From NCBI GenBank assembly GCA_046313635.1, contig JBKBYA010000001.1, positions 128,001 to 192,000 of the forward strand: a stretch of 64,000 nucleotides of DNA, written 5' to 3'. The stretch is from Pyrinomonadaceae bacterium. Its GTDB lineage: Bacteria > Acidobacteriota > Blastocatellia > Pyrinomonadales > Pyrinomonadaceae. How positions within the stretch are numbered: position 1 is the first letter of the stretch; the number at the start of each line of letters is the position of its first letter. Of this stretch, positions 17,998 through 26,849 are shown in pieces. Both the position numbers and the translations under genes were made by a program. The notes under the pieces are model-generated. The model was not told the origin of the DNA, searched no databases, and saw only the letters and a program-made list of their open reading frames with translations.

Positions 17998-19986
17998 TTA
18001 TTGCGGCACCGATTCGGTCGTCAGATCGCTCGGCTCGTCGATCTTCGCGATCGCGTCAGGGTAGATGACGATCTTGCCTTCGTCCTCGTACTTGCGTCGC
18101 GTCGCGGCGAGGTAGTCGGTAAAGACGCGCGTCCGCTTTTGCTGGAGCATCTGCTCCATCAGCGAGTCGCGCTGCTTGGCAAACTCGTCGTTCGACGGTT
18201 CCTCGCGGTTTTTGACCGCGACGACGAACCAGTTGTCACCGACCATTATCGGCTGTTTGGTGACGTCTCCCGGCTTCATTCCCAGAAGCGCGTTCTCGAG
18301 CTCTTCATTCGTCGATGCCGAAGGGCCCTGCCCGAGCGGCGAGCCGATCGTGAATGCCTTGACGTCCTCGGCCTTAAGACCTTTGGCCGCGGCGGCTGCC
18401 GCAAGAGCGTCGGCGGTCGAGGCACCGGCGGCGATCTGATCGGCGATCTCCTTGAGCTGTGCGTTGGCCTTTTCGATCTTGACGGCCTCGACGACCTGCG
18501 CGCGGACCTCGTCAAACTCCTGATTGCGCGGTTCCTTTTTGTCGACGACCATCGGGATCGCAAATCCGTCCTTGACCGGGATCTTGTCGCCGACGTCCTG
18601 CGGATTCTCCAGCGAGGCGATGCCCTCCTCGAACTGCGGCGAGATGCCGATATTCGGCACGTCGTCGCCCGGCTTGATGTAGCCGGTCTCGCGGATCATC
18701 TCGGCCGTGGACATATTTGCCTGCGGCGCAAACTGCTGTGCTACGGCCTGGATGTCCTTGTTCTGCTTGAGAGCCTCGGCGATCTTGCCGGCGAGCTCGG
18801 CGGCGACCGAGTACGCCCGGCGATTGCGGAGCGAGACCTCGATCTCCTTCTTTGCGTCCTCGAACGTCTTTGGCACGTCCTCGCCGCGGCGGAGAATAAA
18901 GTATCTGCCCTGGTAGCTGATCGGCTCGGTGATCTCGCCCGGCTTCATCTTGAGCAGACGCTGGTAGGGGTCGTCGGGCTTTGAAGGATTTTCCTTGACC
19001 GGGCCGCGGAGCTTGCCGCCGGCGGGCGCCGAGATCGGATTTTCTGAAAAGCCCTTGGCCACCTCTGCAAATTTCTCCTCAGACACGGTGGGTGACGAAC
19101 CGTCGCCCTTCAGCTTGCCGATGATCTCGTTCGCCTTTTCGAGCGCCTGGCCCTCCATCTCGGGCTTCGGGATGCGGACGACGATCTCCTGTCCGAGCAC
19201 GCCGGCCTTGCGCTTTTCCTCGGGCAGCTTGTCGTACTCGGCCCGCAGGTCGGCGTCAGACAGCGGGAGTTTTTCGCCGATCTTGGTCGTGTTGACAAAG
19301 ATGTACTTGATCTTTTTTTGCGGGACGCTGATGTAGTAGCTGTTCTTGTTGTTCTCGTAGTACTGCCGCAGCTCGTCCTCGGTCGGCGTTATCTTTGCCG
19401 CGAGGTCGCTCGGGTTGACCACGACGTAAGCGAGATCAAACTTGGTGTTCTTTTTCTTAAAGTCGTTGAGCAGTTCCTCTTCAGATACCGAGACGCCCGC
19501 CGTCAAAAAAGCCTCGAGCTTTTGCGCGCTGAGATTGTCGCGAAGGTTCTGCTCGTAGGCCGCGACGCTGCCGGCCTGCTCGACCGCGTACTGCTCGTAG
19601 CGGGCGCGATCGACGGTCGTGCCGTCCGGATTCTTGAGCTGCTCTCGCAGGGCGGCGGCTACTTCGGCATCGGTCGCCGTCAGGCCGAGACGCTCGGCCT
19701 CGACCCGCGTGATCCGGCTCGTGATCAGACCGTTGAGCATCATCCGCGCCGGAAACGCCTGGCCGCGGCTGAACTGGCTGTAGCTCTCGCGCTGCCGGAC
19801 GATCTCGCCGACGGTGATCTTTTCTCCGGCGACCTTGGCGGCGGTCTCCTCGCTGCGGGCGAGGTTAAGCGCCATGTTGTTTCGGGTCGGAGCGTAAAAG
19901 AAGACAAGCGAAGCGACCATCAGCAGGCCGAAAAGCAGAAGAACGAAATTGCGCGTCTTCTCGAGACGGGTGAAAAACTTTAGCAT
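17998..19986 (-). CDS. PpiD/SurA-like membrane-anchored periplasmic chaperone / parvulin PPIase
   Basis: N-terminal TM, SurA_N-like region, FAEVAKGFSE...GGKL and LKMKPGEITEPI parvulin-type motifs. Confidence 0.85.
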   Translation of the reverse strand: MLKFFTRLEKTRNFVLLLFGLLMVASLVFFYAPTRNNMALNLARSEETAAKVAGEKITVGEIVRQRESYSQFSRGQAFPARMMLNGLITSRITRVEAERLGLTATDAEVAAALREQLKNPDGTTVDRARYEQYAVEQAGSVAAYEQNLRDNLSAQKLEAFLTAGVSVSEEELLNDFKKKNTKFDLAYVVVNPSDLAAKITPTEDELRQYYENNKNSYYISVPQKKIKYIFVNTTKIGEKLPLSDADLRAEYDKLPEEKRKAGVLGQEIVVRIPKPEMEGQALEKANEIIGKLKGDGSSPTVSEEKFAEVAKGFSENPISAPAGGKLRGPVKENPSKPDDPYQRLLKMKPGEITEPISYQGRYFILRRGEDVPKTFEDAKKEIEVSLRNRRAYSVAAELAGKIAEALKQNKDIQAVAQQFAPQANMSTAEMIRETGYIKPGDDVPNIGISPQFEEGIASLENPQDVGDKIPVKDGFAIPMVVDKKEPRNQEFDEVRAQVVEAVKIEKANAQLKEIADQIAAGASTADALAAAAAAKGLKAEDVKAFTIGSPLGQGPSASTNEELENALLGMKPGDVTKQPIMVGDNWFVVAVKNREEPSNDEFAKQRDSLMEQMLQQKRTRVFTDYLAATRRKYEDEGKIVIYPDAIAKIDEPSDLTTESVPQ

Positions 19987-20247
19987 CTGTTAATACCTGA
20001 ACTAGTTCTGGGATCGTGTTCGGACAAAACGCGATTCTAGCAAAACTCCGAACGCCTAATCCAACGCGACAACCCTTTTTCAGGCCGTGCGAAAGCGAAT
20101 TTTACGGCCTTGCGGGACGGAGGCGTGCATTAACGCCCGACGCTGCAGACGGCGGCCGGAGCTGCCCGAGGATCCGCCGCCCGTGCCGCTTGCGGAGACC
20201 GGCTCTGTTGATCAATCATTAAGCCGTCCTCCCGTTCGCGACAGATC

Positions 20248-21132
20248 ATGGCAGGCAGCGAGATCAAAACCGTCGGCGTCGTCGTCAAGCCCGATCACGA
20301 AGAGGCTTGGCGCACGGCGTGCGAGCTCTCCGAATGGCTCGCCGGCCGAGGCGTCGAGGTGGTCGGCGAGCAGCCGTACGCTTCACGGTTCGAGCACGGC
20401 GCCGACGCCTGCGATATAGAGATCGAGCGCGCCGAGGAGTTTGCCTCACGGTGCGATCTGATCGTCGTGCTCGGCGGCGACGGCACGATGATCTCGACCG
20501 CGCGTCTCGTCGGCGATCACGACCCGCTCGTGCTCGGCATCAACTACGGCAGTCTCGGCTATTTGACCGAATTTCGAATCGAGGAGATGTTCAGTGCCCT
20601 CGAGGCGATACTTGCGGGCAATTTCAGGGTCGACCGCCGCGTGATGCTTACGGCCGAGCAGCGGCGCGGCGACAAGATCATCGCCCGCGGCCGCATCCTT
20701 AACGATGTTGTCATCAACAAGTCGGCGCTGGCTCGCATCATCGAGATCGAGGCCGATCTTGACGGGCTCTACGTCAACTCGTTCCGCGCCGACGGCCTGA
20801 TCGTCGCGACGCCGACCGGCTCCACCGCCTACAACCTCTCGGCCGGCGGACCGATCATCTACCCTTCGATGAACGCGGTGGTCGTCACGCCGATCTGCCC
20901 ATTTACGCTGACCAACCGGCCGATCGTCATTCCTGACACTTCCGAGATCGAGCTCCGCCTGCTCAACGAGAACGAAGGTGTAGTCCTCACGCTCGACGGC
21001 CAGATCGGCTACTCGATGAACTCCGGCGACCGCGTACGCATACGCAAAAGCCGGACGACATTCAACCTTGTCGAGCCGCCCAACCGGAACTACTTCGACG
21101 TGCTGAGAAACAAATTGAAGTGGGGACGGTGA
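20248..21132 (+). CDS. nadK: NAD kinase
   Basis: VLGGDGT, GINYGSLGYL, LNDVV, ADGLIVATPTGSTAYNLSAGGP. Confidence 0.96.
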   Translation: MAGSEIKTVGVVVKPDHEEAWRTACELSEWLAGRGVEVVGEQPYASRFEHGADACDIEIERAEEFASRCDLIVVLGGDGTMISTARLVGDHDPLVLGINYGSLGYLTEFRIEEMFSALEAILAGNFRVDRRVMLTAEQRRGDKIIARGRILNDVVINKSALARIIEIEADLDGLYVNSFRADGLIVATPTGSTAYNLSAGGPIIYPSMNAVVVTPICPFTLTNRPIVIPDTSEIELRLLNENEGVVLTLDGQIGYSMNSGDRVRIRKSRTTFNLVEPPNRNYFDVLRNKLKWGR

Positions 21133-21145
21133 GGTAGCTTGCGAG

Positions 21146-21238
21146 AAATTCAAACAGGATGGACAGGATAGACAGGATAGACAGGATGGCGAATGAAAAC
21201 GCCGATCTTGTTCATCCTGTCCATCCTTTTTGAATTCC
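21146..21238. repeat. 9-nt-periodic inverted repeat (ACAGGATRG arms)
   Basis: 4 x ACAGGAT(G/A)G followed by ATCTTGTTC-ATCCTGTCC-ATCC. Confidence 0.85.
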
Positions 21239-21245
21239 CGTCGCC

Positions 21246-21608
21246 TTAACCAAACAGCGTCGGCCGGTCTTCCTCCGGCAGGTAATCTACCGGCTGCCAG
21301 AGATATCTGGCGAGATCGCAGCGTCCGCGGGCGTCGAATTCGATCCCTTCGGACTCGAGCATTTGCTGCTGGAGGTTTACGGGCATCGTCAGCCGGCCGG
21401 TCGAGCAGGCGCCTTGAGCGTTGATGACGCGCTGCCAGGGCACGTTCTCGCTGTCGGCTCCGTACATCACGTAACCGACGGTGCGGGCGGTGTAGCCTTC
21501 GCCGAGGATCTCGGCGATCTGGCCGTAGGTCATCACGCGGCCGGGCGGAATGCGGCGGACGATCGCATAGACCTTTTCGCGATAATTTTTTTCGTTGACG
21601 AGTGCCAT
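21246..21608 (-). CDS. Alkyltransferase-like protein (ATL, MGMT family lacking the active Cys)
   Basis: IPPGRVMTYGQIA, ARTVG, VPWQRV (Trp replaces the PCHR Cys). Confidence 0.88.
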   Translation of the reverse strand: MALVNEKNYREKVYAIVRRIPPGRVMTYGQIAEILGEGYTARTVGYVMYGADSENVPWQRVINAQGACSTGRLTMPVNLQQQMLESEGIEFDARGRCDLARYLWQPVDYLPEEDRPTLFG

Positions 21609-21644
21609 GACCGTGCCGAATCGATCGCGTCGAACATTAGGATG

Positions 21645-21760
21645 TTTGCCACGAATTGCACGAATGACACGAATGAAAGATCTCGCTCAATTGCGATGAC
21701 GGGTGAAGCTAAGACGGCAGGGCAACGGATCGAGAGACCATTCGTGACATTCGTGGCAAA
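21645..21760. repeat. 9-nt-periodic inverted repeat (CACGAAT arms)
   Basis: TTTGCCACGAATTGCACGAATGACACGAAT ... ATTCGTGACATTCGTGGCAAA. Confidence 0.85.
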
Positions 21761-21769
21761 AAAACTTCT

Positions 21770-22402
21770 TCAGCGCCGCAGTATCGTCCTTGCCGGAGCG
21801 CCGTCGCCCTCGCCGCCGGTGTATTTGAGCGGCAGGCAGATCAGCTCGTAATCGCCCGGCTCGACGGCCCTGAGATCGACGCCCTCAAGGATGACGACCT
21901 CGCGCTCGAGCAGCGCGATGTGCGTCGCAAAATCCGCCGAGCCAAACGCCTCGACCGACAAATAATCGATCCCGACAAGCCTCGCCCCGCCCGAGGCGAG
22001 CACGCGCGCGGCCTCGGGCGTGAGGTAGGTAAAGTCCGTGCGGAATCCTCGCTCAGGCTCGTTCCAGAATTGGGAGTTTCGCGTTTTGAACAAAACTCGC
22101 TCCGCACCGGCCGCGGCGCGCAGGTGACCGGTCGAGATCGCGTCGACCGAATCATCGATCTCGACGACGCGGCATGGGCCGATGAGTCTCGAGAGATCGA
22201 GCTCGTCGACGCGGCGCGTGCCGTCGATAAAGTGATTCGGCGCGTCGACGTGCGTGCCGGTATGCACGCCGCAGCAGAGCTGCGTGACATTGGCCGGCGC
22301 GCCGTCGGCGATCCGCATAAAGCTGTCGACCCGCGCCTCCGGGTCGCCCTTGTAGATCGGCACGTCACTGCTGACCGGGACCGTGATGTCGAAGAATTGC
22401 AT
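21770..22402 (-). CDS. Cyclase-family metal hydrolase (kynurenine formamidase KynB-like)
   Basis: HTGTHVDAPNH, LVGIDYLS, H..LL...ILEG, GDGAPAR. Confidence 0.88.
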   Translation of the reverse strand: MQFFDITVPVSSDVPIYKGDPEARVDSFMRIADGAPANVTQLCCGVHTGTHVDAPNHFIDGTRRVDELDLSRLIGPCRVVEIDDSVDAISTGHLRAAAGAERVLFKTRNSQFWNEPERGFRTDFTYLTPEAARVLASGGARLVGIDYLSVEAFGSADFATHIALLEREVVILEGVDLRAVEPGDYELICLPLKYTGGEGDGAPARTILRR

Positions 22403-22569
22403 TGGAGCCAAAAGCAGAACGCGGCGATCAGACCGCCGCGCGGCGTCATCAAACAAACTCGCTCGTACCCGAGGAGATTAATTGAAAAAGATTCGGCAAA
22501 CAACATTTGCCATCCGGCATCGCCGGTCGGTACGCTGAAATTACGAACCTTATAAAAGTGATCATTGTT

Positions 22570-22869
22570 ATGGAAATCAAGCGAGAAGAACACGGGCGCC
22601 ACGGCGCATTTTTTATCGAAGAGAACGGCGAATGGATCGCCGAGATGTCATACATCAAGCAGGGCCTCGGGACCATCATCATCGACCACACCGAGGTTGA
22701 CGAAAAGCTCCGCGGACAGGGCGTCGGCGAGCAGCTCGTCAAAGAGGCCGTCGAGTACGCACGCAGCAACAACATCAAGATCAAGCCCGTCTGCCCTTAC
22801 ACACGGCGCGTGATCGACGAGAACGCGGATTATCAGGACGTCGTCGCTCACGAGGCCGCCGCGGGTTAA
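22570..22869 (+). CDS. Small GNAT acetyltransferase (YjdJ-like)
   Basis: IIDHTEVD..LRGQGVG..LV...P.CPY. Confidence 0.9.
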   Translation: MEIKREEHGRHGAFFIEENGEWIAEMSYIKQGLGTIIIDHTEVDEKLRGQGVGEQLVKEAVEYARSNNIKIKPVCPYTRRVIDENADYQDVVAHEAAAG

Positions 22870-22963
22870 AGGTCGGTCGATGCATTTTTAGAAGAAGGGT
22901 CGAGAGCCGCGTCTCTCGGCCCTTGTTTTTTATACCTTCGCCTTTATCCCTTATTCTTTAGTC

Positions 22964-23824
22964 GTGCGCATTTCGGCCTCGAGCTACTCAAACACGGCAC
23001 CGCTGATCTGGAGCTTTCTCTACGGGTCAAATCACGGCATGGCCGAGATCATCCTCGACAACGCGCCGGCGCGCTCGGCCGAGCTGCTCTCGCAGGACCG
23101 AGTTGACGCGGCTCTCGTGCCGGTCTTTGCATACCAGTCGATCGACGGTGTGAAACTCGTACCTGACGTCTGCGTCGGGGCACGCGAGCGCGTGCGGAGC
23201 GTGCGGCTGATCTCGCGCGTCGACGACCTGCGAGAGGTCCGCTCAGTCGCGCTCGACACGTCGTCGCGGACGTCGGCAGCGCTGGTCAAGATCATCTTTC
23301 GCGAGTTTATCGGCGTCGAGCCCGAATGGCGGCCGGCCGAGCCGGACGTAACAACGATGCTTGAGACAAATGACGCCGCGCTCGTGATCGGCGACCCGGC
23401 GCTGAGGATTTCGGATTTCGGATTTCGGATTTCGGATTTAAAAAGCTCGGAGACCCACGCTCTGTCGCACGACACCGAAAATCCGCAATCCGCAATCCGA
23501 GATCCGAAATCCTACGACATGGCCGAGCTCTGGCGTTCATTCACCGGTCTCGGGTTTGTCTTTGCGATGTGGATGACGCGGCGTGATACTCTTGCGGTCG
23601 ACTTTGCCGCCGCACGCGACGAGGGCCTCGCTCACGTGGACGCGATTATCTCCAATTACGAATCCGACATCCCGCTCAACCGCAATTCGATGCGCGAGTA
23701 CCTGACACGCGATATCTCATACACCATCGACGAAAGCATGAGCGCGGGCCTCCAAAAATACTTTGAGCTGGCGCATAAGCACCAGCTCATCGATCGAAAC
23801 AAACCCCTCGAATTTATCGACTGA
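22964..23824 (+). CDS. mqnA: Chorismate dehydratase (futalosine menaquinone pathway) with an in-frame repeat insertion
   Basis: YSNTAPL, VRSV, SSRTS, LVIGDPAL, DMAELW..FTGL.FVFAMW; mqnC nearby. Confidence 0.88.
   Translation: MRISASSYSNTAPLIWSFLYGSNHGMAEIILDNAPARSAELLSQDRVDAALVPVFAYQSIDGVKLVPDVCVGARERVRSVRLISRVDDLREVRSVALDTSSRTSAALVKIIFREFIGVEPEWRPAEPDVTTMLETNDAALVIGDPALRISDFGFRISDLKSSETHALSHDTENPQSAIRDPKSYDMAELWRSFTGLGFVFAMWMTRRDTLAVDFAAARDEGLAHVDAIISNYESDIPLNRNSMREYLTRDISYTIDESMSAGLQKYFELAHKHQLIDRNKPLEFID
23406..23512. repeat. Heptamer inverted-repeat element inside mqnA
   Basis: ~5 x GGATTTC (23406-23439) and ~5 x (A/G)ATCC(G)-type units (23477-23512). Confidence 0.9.
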
Positions 23825-23827
23825 ACG

Positions 23828-23929
23828 TCAGCGGGCCAGTCCCTGAGTCACAAACAACCAAACTGCCGTCGCGACAAAAAGCACCAGCCCAAAGTCGGTC
23901 GAACCGAATTGATATTCATTATTCCGCAT
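23828..23929 (-). CDS. Putative 33-aa single-TM small protein (absent from ORF track)
   Basis: GGGAGG SD; MRNNEYQFGSTDFGLVLFVATAVWLFVTQGLAR*. Confidence 0.5.
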   Translation of the reverse strand: MRNNEYQFGSTDFGLVLFVATAVWLFVTQGLAR

Positions 23930-24054
23930 AACGCCCTCCCTTTTCGCAACCACCGTGCCTTTGGAACAACACGCGAAGGATCAACGACTTCCGTATCGCG
24001 TGGCGTGACCGTGTTCGGTCTGGATACATCAATTTGAGCGAGGTCGCACTCCGT

Positions 24055-24137
24055 AATAACTGAAAACTGATAGCTGATAACTGAGAACGGCAGTTCAGAT
24101 CCAGTTATCAGCTATCAGTTCTCAGTTCTCAGTTATT
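24055..24137. repeat. Heptamer inverted-repeat element
   Basis: AACTGA(A/T/G) units ... (T/C)TCAG(T/C)T units. Confidence 0.85.
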
Positions 24138-24146
24138 TCGGAGATC

Positions 24147-24677
24147 TTAAAATCGCGGCCGGCGCATCTCGTGATACAGCTTTTCGCCGTCGATGCGGCC
24201 TTCATTCTCCTTGAGATGCTCGGCGGCGATCAGGGCGCGGTGAATGCGCAGGTCGACGTCCTTGCCCTTGGCGACGAGCCATATGAGCGAGCGCTGCTTG
24301 CCGGGCGTCAGCGCGTGAAAGAGGCGGTCGGCTGCGGGGTCCTGCCGCAGGACCTCTTCAAATTCCTCGGGCATCTCGAGGCCGTATTTGCTCTCGTCGG
24401 GCCTCAGCTCGACCGCGACCTCGTGGCCGTGAAAGATGCCCAACCGCGAGCGGACAGCCTTGTTGACCATGATGTAAAATCCGCCGCCCGTCGGCATCAG
24501 CGCGCATTGAAAGGTCTCTTTGCCGTTGAGGGTGCACACGACGCGGCGCGACTTGCCGTCCAGCGCCGGAAACCGCTCGCCCGTCTCGCGCGAAACAGGT
24601 ATAAAATGCCAGCCCGTGCCGCCCCCTGACGAGTCGAGCACGGCGGTGAATTTGACGGTCTTTGCAGCTCTCGGCAT
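24147..24677 (-). CDS. DUF1905 / YdeI-OmpD-associated family protein
   Basis: RRVVCTLNG...ALMP.GG...V.VEL..D...P.E...F.ALTPGKQR. Confidence 0.8.
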   Translation of the reverse strand: MPRAAKTVKFTAVLDSSGGGTGWHFIPVSRETGERFPALDGKSRRVVCTLNGKETFQCALMPTGGGFYIMVNKAVRSRLGIFHGHEVAVELRPDESKYGLEMPEEFEEVLRQDPAADRLFHALTPGKQRSLIWLVAKGKDVDLRIHRALIAAEHLKENEGRIDGEKLYHEMRRPRF

Positions 24678-24789
24678 AACACATTCGGGCCGCGGCCGCG
24701 ATATTAAACGGCAGGGCCTTTTGTTAGAATCATATTTCAGCCGGCCGCGAGGCAAAGCCTGACGCGCGACTCGGATCTCAAAGGTCTTA

Positions 24790-24848
24790 CTTTGCGTCTT
24801 TGCTCCTTTGCGGGAGATATTTCCCGCAAAGACGCAAAGATCGCAGAG
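24790..24848. repeat. REP-like hairpin, CTTTGCGGGAG/TTCCCGCAAAG family, copy 1
   Basis: ctttgcgtctttgctcctttgcgggagatatttcccgcaaagacgcaaagatcgcagag. Confidence 0.9.
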
Positions 24849-24864
24849 AAGACGACGCAGCGAA

Positions 24865-26010
24865 ATGGAAAAAAGCATTCAGCCCATCCTCGACAAAGCG
24901 CTCGCGGGCGAGCGGCTCTCGATGGACGACTGCACGGCGCTTTTGGAGTCGAACGACTTTGTCCGCATCGGTCTTGCCGCCCACGAGGTCAGGATGCGCA
25001 AAAATCCGTCTGACGTCGTCACGTACATCATCGACCGCAACATCAACTACACGAATGTCTGCAACGTCGTCTGCACATTCTGCGCGTTCTACCGCCGGCC
25101 GGGCAAGCCCGACACGTACGTGCATTCGATGGACGAGATCTGCAAGCGGATCGACGAGACGATCGCCCTCGGCGGCACCGGCGTGCTGATGCAGGGCGGG
25201 CTGCATCCGGACTTTAATATCGAGTGGTACGAGGAGCTGCTCTCGACCCTGCATGCGAAGTATCCCGACTTCCAACTGCACTGCTTTTCGCCGCCCGAGA
25301 TCCACAACATCTCGCTCATCAGCGGTCTCGATTACGAGACGATATTGAGGAGATTGAAAGCCGCGGGCCTCTACTCGATGCCCGGCGGCGGCGGCGAGAT
25401 ACTAGACGACGAGGTGCGAAAGCGCGTCTCGACCAAATGCACCACGCAGGAGTGGCTTGACGTGATGCGGGCCGTGCACAACGTAGGATTGCGTTCGACC
25501 GCGACGATGATGTTCGGCATCGGCGATCGTGTCGAGCACCGCGTCCGTCATCTGCAGCGCGTTCGCGATCTGCAGGACGAGACAGGCGGATTCACGGCCT
25601 TTATCCCCTGGACCTTTCAACGCGAAAACACCGCCCTCGGCCGCAAGATCACCGAGGAGCCGACCGGCATCGATTATCTAAAGATGCTCTCGGTCTCGCG
25701 CCTGTTTCTCGACAACATCCAGCACATTCAATCGTCCTGGCTCACGCAGGGACTAAAACTCGGCCAGGTCGCCCTCCGCTTCGGAGCCGACGATATGGGC
25801 TCGATCATGATCGAAGAGAATGTCGTCTCGGCCGCCGGCGCTCACAACGAGGCGGGCGAACGCGAGCTCCGCTACCAGATCCGCGAGGCCGGATTCATCC
25901 CGCAGCAGCGCGACATCCTTTACGAATACGTCAACCGCAACAACGTCGACGACCTCGACCGCAAAGACTCGATGCCGCTCAAGCAACTGAGCGTGGCATT
26001 CGCGGACTAA
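24865..26010 (+). CDS. mqnC: Cyclic dehypoxanthine futalosine synthase (radical SAM)
   Basis: DRNINYTNVC...CTFCAF, QGGLHP, PGGGGEIL, GGFTAFIPW, GADDMGSIMIEENVV. Confidence 0.92.
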   Translation: MEKSIQPILDKALAGERLSMDDCTALLESNDFVRIGLAAHEVRMRKNPSDVVTYIIDRNINYTNVCNVVCTFCAFYRRPGKPDTYVHSMDEICKRIDETIALGGTGVLMQGGLHPDFNIEWYEELLSTLHAKYPDFQLHCFSPPEIHNISLISGLDYETILRRLKAAGLYSMPGGGGEILDDEVRKRVSTKCTTQEWLDVMRAVHNVGLRSTATMMFGIGDRVEHRVRHLQRVRDLQDETGGFTAFIPWTFQRENTALGRKITEEPTGIDYLKMLSVSRLFLDNIQHIQSSWLTQGLKLGQVALRFGADDMGSIMIEENVVSAAGAHNEAGERELRYQIREAGFIPQQRDILYEYVNRNNVDDLDRKDSMPLKQLSVAFAD

Positions 26011-26104
26011 ACTATTCTTAAAGCGTCGCGGTCAAACAAGAAGCGCTAAATAAGAGTTGATCGTGTGATATATAATCCGGTTTGGACGAGGCCGCACGAC
26101 CAAT

Positions 26105-26305
26105 ATGTCGAACGTAAAGGAGATCGAATCAGCCGTACGGCAGTTGTCGCGTGAAGAGCTCAATGCGTTCCGCACATGGTTCGAGGAGTTTGACGCCGAC
26201 GCCTGGGATCGCCAGCTGGAAGAAGATGTCGCAGCGGGCCGTTTGGATTCTCTCGCCGAAGAAGCTCTCAGCGATCTAAACGAAGGGCGGTGCATCGACC
26301 TGTGA
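26105..26305 (+). CDS. Putative antitoxin
   Basis: EIESAVRQLS.EEL..FR.WF....WDRQLE.D..AGRLD.LAEEA; stop overlaps the toxin GTG. Confidence 0.75.
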   Translation: MSNVKEIESAVRQLSREELNAFRTWFEEFDADAWDRQLEEDVAAGRLDSLAEEALSDLNEGRCIDL

Positions 26306-26562
26306 GGCACCGGGGCTACGCAGAAGTTCTGGCGCTCATACAGTCACTCCCAGGCGATGTTCAAAAATTGGCGGATAAAAGTTTTGAACTTTTGAAACAA
26401 GATCCTCACCATCCGTCGATCCATTGCAAAAAGATAGGGCGGTTCCGGTCGGCACGTATCGGACGGCAATATCGAGCGCTTGCAGTCGAAAGCGGCGACG
26501 ATCCGGTTTGGTTCTGGATCGGTCATCATTCGCAGTACGACCAGCTTATCGGCGGCCGGTAG
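26302..26562 (+). CDS. RelE/ParE-like toxin with a locally frameshifted N-terminus
   Basis: LP..VQKLADKSF.LLK.DP.HPS...KKIG...SARIG..YRAL...WFWIG.H..YD. Confidence 0.7.
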   Translation: MRHRGYAEVLALIQSLPGDVQKLADKSFELLKQDPHHPSIHCKKIGRFRSARIGRQYRALAVESGDDPVWFWIGHHSQYDQLIGGR

Positions 26563-26601
26563 TGACGGCGGCAGAGCGTCTCAACACGCGTATCAAACAC
26601 G

Positions 26602-26817
26602 ATGAGTGCAATGATCGACACTGATTCATACTCGCCCCGGAATCTGATCGGTCTCGCGTCAGTGTGTTCTTTGTCGACGAGCTTTGTTCTTCTCGTCCTG
26701 TTCTATTCCCTGAGCGACGATCTGACGCTGCCGTTCCTGTTTGTGTCGCTGTGGTCGGCGGCGGCGCACTTTCTGGCTGCGCTCGTGGAAGCTACCACCA
26801 CTATCGAACTCAAATAA
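26602..26817 (+). CDS. Hypothetical small two-TM protein
   Basis: 71 aa with two hydrophobic segments; no family recognised. Confidence 0.35.
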   Translation: MSAMIDTDSYSPRNLIGLASVCSLSTSFVLLVLFYSLSDDLTLPFLFVSLWSAAAHFLAALVEATTTIELK

Positions 26818-26849
26818 AGCGCTTTGCAGATCGGTCCGCAGAGGCCGGC

